Source: Smithellaceae bacterium
GTDB lineage: Bacteria; Desulfobacterota; Syntrophia; Syntrophales; Smithellaceae
Assembly: GCA_963667845.2 (NCBI GenBank)
Contig: CAXXVL010000001.1
Span: 404,148-468,147 of the forward strand
Reading direction: 5' to 3'
Length of the DNA stretch: 64,000 bases
Both the position numbers and the translations under genes were made by a program. How positions within the stretch are numbered: position 1 is the stretch's first letter; each line of letters begins with the position of its first letter. The notes below the pieces were generated by a model that did not search any database, was not told the DNA's origin, and saw only the letters and a list, made by a program, of their open reading frames with translations. This document shows, in pieces, positions 18,663 through 27,156 of the stretch.

Positions 18663-18985
18663 GATTTTCCTTTTGACGCTGTTCTTGGGGCAATGGCTTT
18701 ACGGTGGAATATTTTTTTCAGTGCAGAATCATTTGATAAAAACTTCCTTTTCGTAGCGTGAAGTATAAGAAACGCGGTCTTGTATGTCAAGGGGGAACCA
18801 ATGTGGATAAGGGTCTCCCCTCTAGCCTCCTCTAGCCCACTAACCCATTATACGGCTGTGTATTGCCAGGATGCAAATGGTGGTTAAATTATGATCGGGA
18901 TATCGATATGACAACAGAAGATTAAACCATTTCATTTAAGGACGGACTCCTCAATCCGGGGTCCGTTTGGAAAAGAGTAAGAGAT

Positions 18986-19822
18986 ATGACTGAAAAAACA
19001 AGAAAGCGACGGGATCGGGGGAGATTGTCTTTTCTTGTCCTGCTCACGATCGTTTTCTCAGCGGTATTGGTACCGATCTTAACTGCAACGGTCGAGGGAA
19101 AAACCGTGTGCCCTATACCCCAGAAAGGGAGCATTCCCATGAAGCAGTCCAAACAGAATGAGGCGTTGCCCAGCAGGGTTTTGCCGCCGATAGACCTTAT
19201 CAAACCGGCTGCAACGGAGATAGCCACCTTTGCCATGGGGTGATTCTGGGGTCCAGACGCCCGGTTCGGGCTTGTCAAAGGAGTTATCCGTACCCAGGTC
19301 GGCTATACCGGAGGAACCTCAAAGGATCCAACCTATACCCTGCTGGGAGACCACAGTGAATCCATCCGGATCGAATACGATCCGAAAAGAGTTTCCTATG
19401 AGACGCTCTTGGAAATCTTCTGGAAAAATCACTCGCCAGGGGAACGATCTTATTCACGTCAGTACGCAGCCTTCATCTTCTATCACAACGAAAAACAGAG
19501 GAAGGCGGCAATTGACTCCCGCAAGGCGGTGGCAATGACAATCAAGGGGCCCATCTACACGGAAATCGTCCCGGCTTCAACGTTCTACCCGGCCGAAGCC
19601 TATCATCAGAAGTACGGGTTGCGGTCCGAGAAGGCGCTGATGCAGGAGTTCCGTTCTTTTTATCCGGAGGACGATCATTTCGTGGCCTCAACGGCAGCAG
19701 CAAGGGTAAATGGTTATGTCAGCGGTGACGGCACATCGGCGGAGCTGGAGATGGAACTCGCCTCTCTTGGTCTTTCGGAGGCGGGACGCCAGAGACTTCG
19801 CAGCATTGTAAAATCAAAGTAG
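18986..19822 (+). CDS. msrA: Peptide methionine-S-sulfoxide reductase MsrA, selenocysteine form (in-frame UGA at 19241-19243), with N-terminal membrane anchor/signal
   Basis: ORFs 18986-19243 and 19409-19822 share one frame, with no other stop between them. The TGA replaces the catalytic Cys of the GCFWG motif (ATFAMG-U-FWGPDARFG). Downstream MsrA motifs: VGYTGG, DPTY, EIFW, AEAYHQKY. Confidence 0.85.
19256..19276 (+). promoter_or_regulatory. Candidate bacterial SECIS hairpin for msrA
   Basis: GAC-GCCCG-GTT-CGGGC-(TT)-GTC stem-loop starting 15 nt after the U of UGA. GU is in the apical loop, as expected for SelB-binding hairpins. Confidence 0.55.
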
Positions 19823-19848
19823 GCGCCGACTGGCCACAAGTAAAATTT

Positions 19849-19937
19849 TAAGTTTCTAAAATCGACGTTCTTCACGACATCAATTTGCCGGGATTGGAAC
19901 AGGATTCGGGTCACTTCTTCCAGGTGTTGATGTTCAA
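19849..19937 (+). repeat. REP-B dispersed repeat, copy 2
   Basis: Aligns with 17431-17520. Abuts the stop codon of the CoA-transferase gene (19943). Confidence 0.8.
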
Positions 19938-19942
19938 TGATG

Positions 19943-21136
19943 CTAGATGATCTTCTGCTCTTTGAATTTTTCTAAATCTTCCGTGTTGTATCCCAGGACA
20001 TCACCATAAATGGAGTCGTTATCTTCACCAAGCAGTGATGCCCGCCTGGCTACAGACCCGGGTGTCCGGGACAATTTAATCTCGACGCCCGGTACGGGAA
20101 CAATCCCGCTTTCCGGATACTCAAGTTCAACAAGCATTTCCCGGGCCGATACCTGGGGAACTTTCAGCGAGGCGGGAACATCATTGACCGGTCCGCAGGG
20201 CAATCCCGCCTTGTCCAGTATGGCCATAACTTCGGCAACCGTCTTATCTTTAGTCCATTCCTCAATGACCACATCCACGTCCTGATAATTGCGGTATCGC
20301 GCAAGATTGTCTTTGAAACGTCGATCGGTAATCATGTCTTCGCGCTTAAGGATTTGGCACATGCGCCGCCACATGCTATTGCCGACGATATTCATCACAA
20401 CATAACCGTCTTTCGCCCGGGCACTGCAGCAATACGCGTAAAAGCCCCCGTTGCCTACGGGCTTCCTGATTTCCCCGTTGACCAGGTACTCGGAAGCGCA
20501 ACCTGATGCCGCGGCCATCCCGAAAGCGACGTCGAAAAGCGCGACATCCACCAATTGCCCCACTCCGCTGTGATAACGTTCATGCAGGGCCAGCATGGCG
20601 CCAAGCGCCGCCCGGGCTCCCGTATTGAAGTCGATAAAATTGAGACCCGGACGAAGTGGGGGATCGCCGGGATACCCCGTAAAGCTCATGATACCGGACA
20701 TTGCCTGAGCAATGACGTCGAAACAGGGGCGTTCGGCATAGGGTCCTGTCTGTCCGAAACCGGATACGGCAACGACGATCAAGGCCGGATTAACTCCGCT
20801 CAATCGTTCATAATCGAAAACATTGGCTTCTTCCGTGCCTTTCGGGCTATTGTGGACCAGGATGTCTGTTTCTTTGACAAGCTCATCCAGAATTTGCCTG
20901 CCTTTGTCCGTCCGCAGATTCAATGTAATATTCTTTTTGTTCCGCTGATAAGACAGGCCGCAAGTCATCGATTGACCATCCGGTGCGAAAGGCCCCAGTT
21001 CGCGGTCAACTTTTCCTCCCGGAGGTTCTACACGAATGACGTCCGCGCCATGATCCGCCAGCATCATGCAACAATAGGGCGCCGCGATGTAGCCGCCCAT
21101 GTCCAGCACCTTGATTCCATCAAGCGCTCGCTTCAC
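19943..21136 (-). CDS. Family III CoA-transferase (CaiB/BaiF type)
   Basis: LDGIKVLDMGGYIAAPYCCMMLADHGADVIRVEPPGG N-terminal signature. Start set at the GTG at 21136 (AAAGGA RBS); the ORF is open up to 21205. Confidence 0.88.
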   Translation of the reverse strand: MKRALDGIKVLDMGGYIAAPYCCMMLADHGADVIRVEPPGGKVDRELGPFAPDGQSMTCGLSYQRNKKNITLNLRTDKGRQILDELVKETDILVHNSPKGTEEANVFDYERLSGVNPALIVVAVSGFGQTGPYAERPCFDVIAQAMSGIMSFTGYPGDPPLRPGLNFIDFNTGARAALGAMLALHERYHSGVGQLVDVALFDVAFGMAAASGCASEYLVNGEIRKPVGNGGFYAYCCSARAKDGYVVMNIVGNSMWRRMCQILKREDMITDRRFKDNLARYRNYQDVDVVIEEWTKDKTVAEVMAILDKAGLPCGPVNDVPASLKVPQVSAREMLVELEYPESGIVPVPGVEIKLSRTPGSVARRASLLGEDNDSIYGDVLGYNTEDLEKFKEQKII

Positions 21137-21371
21137 GATTAAATCCTTTCTGAACTGAGGGGATGCCCCATGAATTCTAAGTTTCCAAGGGGCAACGTTC
21201 TGCAAAGCACCTTAGCATCTTTTCGGGTTTCTCTCTATCATGTCTAGGACCAAGCGGGACGCCCTTAAGCAATACATTCATGGATCTGCCAGGCTTGATG
21301 CCCATGGGACGAGACACCCAGACGCTGTTCACTTATGACTCCTGAGAAGTAAACCCGCTTTTTTTGTCTTC

Positions 21372-22154
21372 TCATTCGTCGACTTTGGCTGTCGTGAGGA
21401 TGACACCGCCATCCACTGCGACGGTGACACCGACCACATAATCACCGGCACGGGATGCCAGATAGACGGCAATGCCGGCCATGTCCTCATCGCGTCCGAT
21501 CCGTTTTGCGGGCACACGCGCCGCGACAACATCCGCCTGATCGCGGGCCACTGTATTCATTTCCGAAGCGAATGCTCCGGGGGCGATCCCGTTGACGAGA
21601 ATATTGTCCTGGACCAGGCGAAGGGCCATACGGCGCGTCAGATGAATCAATCCCGCTTTGCTTGCGGCATAAGAATAGGTTTCCTGGGGATTCACAAAAA
21701 TGCCGTCGATCGAAGCAACATTGATGATCTTTGCGGGTCGTGTCTTGGCCGCATTCCGCAAGGGCGCAATGAGGGCCTGGCTTAAAAAGAACGGCGTTTT
21801 CATGTTCAAATCGACAATTTTATCCCAGCCTTTTTCCGAGAATTTGTCGAAGGGCTCCAGCCATGCGGCCCCGGCATTATTCACGAGAATATCAAGTTTG
21901 TCTTCGCGGGATGTATACGCTTTGGCGAGAGCTCTCGCGCCATCAACGGATGAAACATCCATAGGCAGGGGAAAGCAGGGGCCTAACGGGGAGAGCTCTT
22001 CCGCCGTCTTTTCGCACGCCTCGGCTTTGCGCGAGGAGATATAAACCCGTGCACCTTGTTCAAGGAATCCGGCTGCGATCATACGGCCGATCCCCCGGGA
22101 ACCGCCCGTAATAAGAGCCGTGCGGCCCTTTAATGAAAAAAGATCTTGCATCAT
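21372..22154 (-). CDS. Short-chain dehydrogenase/reductase (SDR), 3-oxoacyl reductase-like
   Basis: GGAGGA RBS. Cofactor motif ALITGGSRGIGR, NNAG, catalytic YSYAASK. Start at ATG 22154. Confidence 0.9.
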   Translation of the reverse strand: MMQDLFSLKGRTALITGGSRGIGRMIAAGFLEQGARVYISSRKAEACEKTAEELSPLGPCFPLPMDVSSVDGARALAKAYTSREDKLDILVNNAGAAWLEPFDKFSEKGWDKIVDLNMKTPFFLSQALIAPLRNAAKTRPAKIINVASIDGIFVNPQETYSYAASKAGLIHLTRRMALRLVQDNILVNGIAPGAFASEMNTVARDQADVVAARVPAKRIGRDEDMAGIAVYLASRAGDYVVGVTVAVDGGVILTTAKVDE

Positions 22155-22261
22155 TTTAATTATCCTCCATTTTATCTTTTTGTAAATTGGGCTTATTAGA
22201 AACAATTCTTGAAGTCAATTGAATAATAGAAATAGATAATGGGATGCTCTTACCTGATTCG

Positions 22262-22368
22262 GGGGACATAACACTTAATTATTTTCTTTTACGAATAACT
22301 GACAATTTCAGTAAGTAATCCGCGTTTTCTTCAAAACACATGAATTGATATTTTGAAGAACAGCCCTA
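22262..22368 (+). repeat. Composite short-repeat element (ACACTTAATTATTTT module + REP-E core)
   Basis: GGGGGACATAACACTTAATTATTTTC (compare 17973-18000) followed about 70 nt later by GAATTGATATTTTGAAGAACAGCCCTAT (REP-E). Confidence 0.6.
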
Positions 22369-23733
22369 TTTTTTCCCGTCCCCAATCGTCTCCTCAACTT
22401 GCACAGGACTTGCCGTAGCCGGCCGGGCAGGCCGATGTCTGCGTTTCCGTCTTCTGCGCCGTTTCGCCGGCGCTTCATCGGGCGGCGTTTCCGTAATGAT
22501 GGAAGAAGGCTTCCCTGAAAGAAACGCTTCCCACCAGGCCAGAGCGGATTGATTTTCCCCTCGCAACTCCCCTTCGAGATGGAGGTACGCCAGGGCGTCT
22601 GCAAATTCAGGTCTCCTGACTATGACGGAAGGACGACGCGGCGGCACTGTGTGAAGCAAGTGCTGCATGGCAAGAATGTTGCGCAGCTGGTTTACGACCT
22701 TTCCGGGAATGCTCACGGTCCGGGAGCACTCTTCGATGAACTCCGTGCAAACGGCATCCTGTGTCAACCGGCCGGGGATACCCTCCCGGTGGCGGGCCTG
22801 CGATGTTTCCGTGAGGAGGGGACCGAAGAATGCGGCAAAGAAAAGCGCCGGGGATGACGGTATTCCCGTCTGGCATCGCTGGTCGAGATGTCCAAGATTT
22901 ACGTTCATGATGTTCAGGCGATCGGCGTTTCCGCCGAGCCACAGACTTAGCCCGGGAAAGAGGGCGGCAAGGAGTCCGCTTTCGTGCATGAGACCGAAAG
23001 CCGGACGCGCAGCGCCGAACAGGAAGAGTTTCAAAACCTCTTCATAGAGCCTTCCCGGTGACGCGCGGGAAATTGTGGAGGACAACTCGCAGAGGGTCTC
23101 CCACGCGGCAGGTTCGATGACAAAATCATGGGATGCAGCAAAACGAACGGCGCGGAGCATGCGCACCGGGTCTTCCGTAAATCGTACGTATGGGTCGCCG
23201 ATGGGGCGAATGATCCCCTCGCGCAGGTCGCCAAGTCCCGTCGAGTAGTCAATGACCGAATAATCCGCGATATTGTAGGCAAGGGCATTGATCGTAAAGT
23301 CACGGCGGAGGGCATCCTGTTCCGGTGTGCCAAAGACGTTGTCACGCAGAACCATTCCGGAGTCATCCTTGAGGTGACGGGGGTTGCGGTTATTGGGAAC
23401 CGGCTTTTCCATATCCGATTCATCAGAGAGGGCATCAGCCCGAAACGTGGAAACTTCGAGGATTTCGTCGGCAAAGTGCAGATGGGCCAACCGGAAGCGG
23501 CGGCCGACAAGACGGCAATTGCGAAAGAGACGTTTGATCTGACCCGGTCTGGCGTCTGTTGCGATGTCGAAGTCTTTGGGTGTGCGCTCCAGGAGCAGGT
23601 CGCGGACACACCCCCCGATCAAATAGGCAATAAAGCCGTTGTCGCGGAGTCGGTAAAGTGTGCGGAGAACATTCCGGTCTATCTTTTTCCGGGAGATCCG
23701 GTGTTCCTTCCGGGGAATGATTAGTGGCTGCAT
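22366..23733 (-). CDS. pcnB: Poly(A) polymerase I / tRNA nucleotidyltransferase-family protein
   Basis: YLIGGCVRDLLL..PKDFDIATDA nucleotidyltransferase motif, RDFTINAL, and a C-terminal Arg-rich tail. ATG at 23733 preferred to the upstream TTG at 23754. Confidence 0.88.
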   Translation of the reverse strand: MQPLIIPRKEHRISRKKIDRNVLRTLYRLRDNGFIAYLIGGCVRDLLLERTPKDFDIATDARPGQIKRLFRNCRLVGRRFRLAHLHFADEILEVSTFRADALSDESDMEKPVPNNRNPRHLKDDSGMVLRDNVFGTPEQDALRRDFTINALAYNIADYSVIDYSTGLGDLREGIIRPIGDPYVRFTEDPVRMLRAVRFAASHDFVIEPAAWETLCELSSTISRASPGRLYEEVLKLFLFGAARPAFGLMHESGLLAALFPGLSLWLGGNADRLNIMNVNLGHLDQRCQTGIPSSPALFFAAFFGPLLTETSQARHREGIPGRLTQDAVCTEFIEECSRTVSIPGKVVNQLRNILAMQHLLHTVPPRRPSVIVRRPEFADALAYLHLEGELRGENQSALAWWEAFLSGKPSSIITETPPDEAPAKRRRRRKRRHRPARPATASPVQVEETIGDGKK

Positions 23734-23741
23734 GTGTGCAA

Positions 23742-23833
23742 CATAGCACACCAAATCGAAAAAGCAAGATTTCGGCGTTATTTGCTATGGATTGGAATAT
23801 TGGATACCCGCTAAAAATCATCGGGAACAGAGG
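23742..23833 (+). repeat. REP-C repeat, copy 1 (5' leader region of pcnB)
   Basis: CATAGCACACCAAATCGAAAAAGCAAGATTTCGGCGTTATTTGCTATGGATTGGAATATTGGATACCCGCTAAAAATCATCGGGAACAGAGG. Near-identical direct copy at 25229-25318. Confidence 0.85.
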
Positions 23834-23936
23834 TTGAAAAAATATCCGACAGCCGGAATGCTATACTGGCAAGGATTTTAAGCTATTTGTATTGAAGAAG
23901 TTAATAAATTTACAGCGTCCCCTTGGTCTCACCCGA

Positions 23937-25151
23937 TCAACGGCAGTCTCCACTAACTTTAGTTTTTTTTAACAATTCGCAGCTTCCCAGTGCGCACGCT
24001 TTTTTTGCGTCAGAACAGCCAAGCGTGATTTCACCCGACGATAAATAAGCATATCCCCGCATAGAGTAGGCGGAGCCATCATCCGGTTTCAGGCGGATGG
24101 CTTCATCATAATCATTGATGGCCGGTTTATAGCGTTCCAGTCTGGCATGAAAAGATCCTCGTATCCTGTAAGCGTCCGCATAATCCGGTTTCAGGCGAAT
24201 GGCCTCGTTTAGATATTCAATGCCCTTCAGGAAATCAGTGAGTTCTGTGCTGTTATTCAGAATAAGCGCCTTGCCGTACCATGCCTCTGCAGCGCCGATT
24301 GCTGCATCAGAATCTCCAGGCGCTTTCGATTGACCAACGGGCAGCGTGTCTCCAAAAGTCTCTGCTGTCGCCGACCCTTTGCTTTTGTTGAAGTTTTTTA
24401 TTTGTGGAATTGCGAACAGAATGCCGCCGACCACTATCATAACCACGATAACCGTCATATATAGCGCAAACGATTCCCCTATACCGTGTAACTTTGTTTT
24501 CCAGCTGGCGCCGTTTTGTTTTCTGTGTTTTTTCCGTACCGGCTCGTCTGCCCTGAACCCGACTTCTTCCCCTTTCAGTTTACACCTGACTATTCTCAGC
24601 TGTCTCACGAAGAAAGGTGTGACGTCATACAATCCCGGTACAAATTCTTCGGCGAATCTGAGGCATCCCGAGAATACGCAAAATGTGGGAACAAAAGCAA
24701 CAGTAAGAGCTGTGTCCATGTTCTTGAAATAGCCCGTGTAATGAATATAAAGTGCGACAATATATGTTAAAGGCAGTCCTGCGAAAATGATGCGGCCAAA
24801 AAAACCCCTGAAAGAATAGAAATATTGGATGATATGCAGAAATTTTAACAGCGCGCCGACGATGAAACAAATTAATAAAGAAGTCAGTGTCAGATTAAGT
24901 GTGAGGCCGACAATATTTCTACTGAATAAATCATTCGTGATGCGATAACTTTCTTCGTAAAATACCGCATATGCCTGTCCCACTTGCGTATATGTAAATA
25001 TAAGCCACAGGTATTTTGAATAATATAAAAGAAAAATATAGGCGAGTGCTGTGAAAGCAAATAGCAATATAAGCTCTGCAACTCCGCCCACCGGCTTTTT
25101 AAAACGGGTGAGTAATTTTGCCGCTTTAATTTTGAGCTGCTCTCGATTCAT
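23937..25151 (-). CDS. Multi-pass membrane protein with C-terminal TPR repeats
   Basis: About 5 hydrophobic helices in the first 250 aa, then TPR-like repeats (AWYGKALILNN..., YADAYRIRGSFHARLERYKPAINDYDEAIRLKPDDGSAYSMRGYAY). Confidence 0.7.
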   Translation of the reverse strand: MNREQLKIKAAKLLTRFKKPVGGVAELILLFAFTALAYIFLLYYSKYLWLIFTYTQVGQAYAVFYEESYRITNDLFSRNIVGLTLNLTLTSLLICFIVGALLKFLHIIQYFYSFRGFFGRIIFAGLPLTYIVALYIHYTGYFKNMDTALTVAFVPTFCVFSGCLRFAEEFVPGLYDVTPFFVRQLRIVRCKLKGEEVGFRADEPVRKKHRKQNGASWKTKLHGIGESFALYMTVIVVMIVVGGILFAIPQIKNFNKSKGSATAETFGDTLPVGQSKAPGDSDAAIGAAEAWYGKALILNNSTELTDFLKGIEYLNEAIRLKPDYADAYRIRGSFHARLERYKPAINDYDEAIRLKPDDGSAYSMRGYAYLSSGEITLGCSDAKKACALGSCELLKKTKVSGDCR

Positions 25152-25228
25152 TTCAAAATAATCCTGCTCTATTTTGTCTTCTCATTCATTCAGCGTGGAA
25201 TATCAACATTGGGGGCAGGTTTTGAAAT

Positions 25229-25318
25229 ATAGCACACCAAATCGAAAAAGCAAGATTTCGGCGTCATTTACTATGGATTGGAATATTGAATACCCGCTAA
25301 AAATTATCGGGCACAGGG
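25229..25318 (+). repeat. REP-C repeat, copy 2 (5' region of the TPR membrane-protein gene)
   Basis: ATAGCACACCAAATCGAAAAAGCAAGATTTCGGCGTCATTTACTATGGATTGGAATATTGAATACCCGCTAAAAATTATCGGGCACAGGG. Confidence 0.85.
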
Positions 25319-25517
25319 CTACTATGGGACGTACTTCAATATATTAAAATAATATGGACAGTGCCCTGTTTGGGATATCGAGGAGATGATTTGTTTTTCT
25401 TTGGCCTGCGCTGCCTGTTTCGTGAATCATAAATAGAGGGGGTGTTCTATTCACTGAGAGAGGTATTGAAAAATCAGAGATGAATAATGGAACCGTGCGA
25501 TTTTTCGCAAAGCACAT

Positions 25518-25542
25518 CAATTGATATTTTGAAGTACGCCCT
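25518..25542 (+). repeat. REP-E short dispersed repeat core, copy 3
   Basis: TCAATTGATATTTTGAAGTACGCCC. Confidence 0.7.
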
Positions 25543-25708
25543 TCATTACAAATACATGCTTATTTATTTGTTATGATCGATTTATAAACATAATGAACTC
25601 ATATTAACCGGACACTACCGCTAATATATACATCACTGGGCCTTTTGTCGTTTACATAATGTGACCTGTGGGATATAGGAACCGAACATATTCCATTCAG
25701 GAGGAAAC

Positions 25709-27043
25709 ATGAAAACTCGAGTAAAGTTGTTCGCTGGTTTAATCCTCTTAACCGCCTTTGCAATTATTGCCTGCAGCGGTTCTGATGACCCCCGTTTCTA
25801 TTCCTATACAGTGACCTTTGACAGTCAGGACGCAACGAAAGCGGCAGATCCGGCCGGTAAGACCGTACAATTCCCGGCAAAGACTGTTGACGCATTACCG
25901 GCAGAACCGACTAAGAACGGTTATATCTTTGGCGGCTGGTATACAGCGATTGGTGGAGGAGGAACCGAGTTTACAGCCGCTACAACAGTTTCGGCAGATA
26001 TTACGGTTTATGCCAAATGGACGGTAAAATTAGTATATGCCATAGGTGACACCGGTCCGGGCGGTGGCGTTGTCTTCTATACAAGAGTTGACGGCACGGG
26101 TGGACTAGAGGTCGCGCCGGCATTGTGGAATGGCGGTTCTCCGGATCCCGGTCCGATACAATGGAGTACTATAACCAATGCTTTCGCGAATGGCGTAAGC
26201 GCGTTACCCACGGGAATAGGGACCGGATCCGCGAACACTGACGCGATTATCCTGCAAAATAGCGGTGCCGAGAGCGCGGCAAAGCTCTGCCGAGATTATA
26301 CGGGTGGCGGTTTTTCTGACTGGTTTCTGCCGTCGAGAGACGAATTGGCGCAGCTATGGACAGCATTGGCATCCACAGCAAGTACCCGCACAACTTACGG
26401 CTTTAACGGTGACTATTACTGGAGTTCGTCTGAGGGCATTGCTTCCCGAGCTTGGCATCATTGGTTTTCAGACTTTGGCGGTCATGATGCTTATGATAAG
26501 ATCTCTCCGTCCTACGTGCGTCCCGTTCGGGCTTTTGGAACCCCGCTCACCACAGAGTACTTCAATGATGGATTCGAAGGGGGCGGCTGGAATTCCGCGA
26601 GGATCAGCGGCGACGGCGACTGGTCTATCGTTACTTCCGGAACTCATCCCACGCTCGTGCCCCGCAGCGGTTCTCATATGGCCCTCTTCCCATCCTATGA
26701 TGCAAGCAGCGGCCATCAAGCGCGCATCTACCGCAGCATCAGTGGTTTTACGATCCCCATCTCGCCTGCATCGGTCACACTGAGCTTCTTCATGTATCAC
26801 GACCCCGGATACCCTACACCCCCGTATGACCGGGCGCAGGTCCAGGTATCAACAGACGGGGGAAGCAACTGGATCAATGTGGGATCGGCTATCGACCGGT
26901 ACAGCGCCACGGAGGGCTGGATTCAACACACGCTTGATCTGTCTGCCTACAAGGGGCAGACGGTCATCCTGGGTTTCGTCGGCATAAGCGAATACGGCAA
27001 CAATATGTATCTTGATGATGTCTCGGTGATTGGACTGAATTAG
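25709..27043 (+). CDS. Surface lipoprotein: Listeria-Bacteroides (InlB B-type) repeat + DUF1566-like domain + C-terminal MAM/choice-of-anchor-like beta-sandwich
   Basis: AGGAGG RBS, lipobox FAIIAC. YTVTFDSQ...GYIFGGWYT...ITVYAKW repeat. FSDWFLPSRDELAQL...YWSSSE...VRPVRAF. C-terminal VSTDGGSNW...GNNMYLDDVSV. Confidence 0.75.
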   Translation: MKTRVKLFAGLILLTAFAIIACSGSDDPRFYSYTVTFDSQDATKAADPAGKTVQFPAKTVDALPAEPTKNGYIFGGWYTAIGGGGTEFTAATTVSADITVYAKWTVKLVYAIGDTGPGGGVVFYTRVDGTGGLEVAPALWNGGSPDPGPIQWSTITNAFANGVSALPTGIGTGSANTDAIILQNSGAESAAKLCRDYTGGGFSDWFLPSRDELAQLWTALASTASTRTTYGFNGDYYWSSSEGIASRAWHHWFSDFGGHDAYDKISPSYVRPVRAFGTPLTTEYFNDGFEGGGWNSARISGDGDWSIVTSGTHPTLVPRSGSHMALFPSYDASSGHQARIYRSISGFTIPISPASVTLSFFMYHDPGYPTPPYDRAQVQVSTDGGSNWINVGSAIDRYSATEGWIQHTLDLSAYKGQTVILGFVGISEYGNNMYLDDVSVIGLN

Positions 27044-27115
27044 TTTAGCAGGAAGTATCGCGGCAATCCGAAAACCATTTCTGGATTGTCGGCGTTTCTT
27101 GGCAAACAAAAATTA

Positions 27116-27146
27116 AGCCCGGATATGATGGTATCCGGGCTTTTCT
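27116..27146. terminator. Bidirectional rho-independent terminator between convergent genes
   Basis: AGCCCGGATA (27116-27125) / TATCCGGGCT (27132-27141), a 10-bp perfect stem. Flanked by an A-run upstream and TTTTCT downstream. Confidence 0.85.
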
Positions 27147-27156
27147 ATATCTCCCG

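Noticed and set aside
19230-19538. 102-aa ORF, and the idea that msrA is a frameshifted pseudogene
   Set aside because: This ORF is in a different frame and has no MsrA similarity. The two MsrA-like halves are in the same frame, interrupted only by TGA at the catalytic-Cys position with a hairpin behind it. Sec recoding explains the data better than a frameshift.
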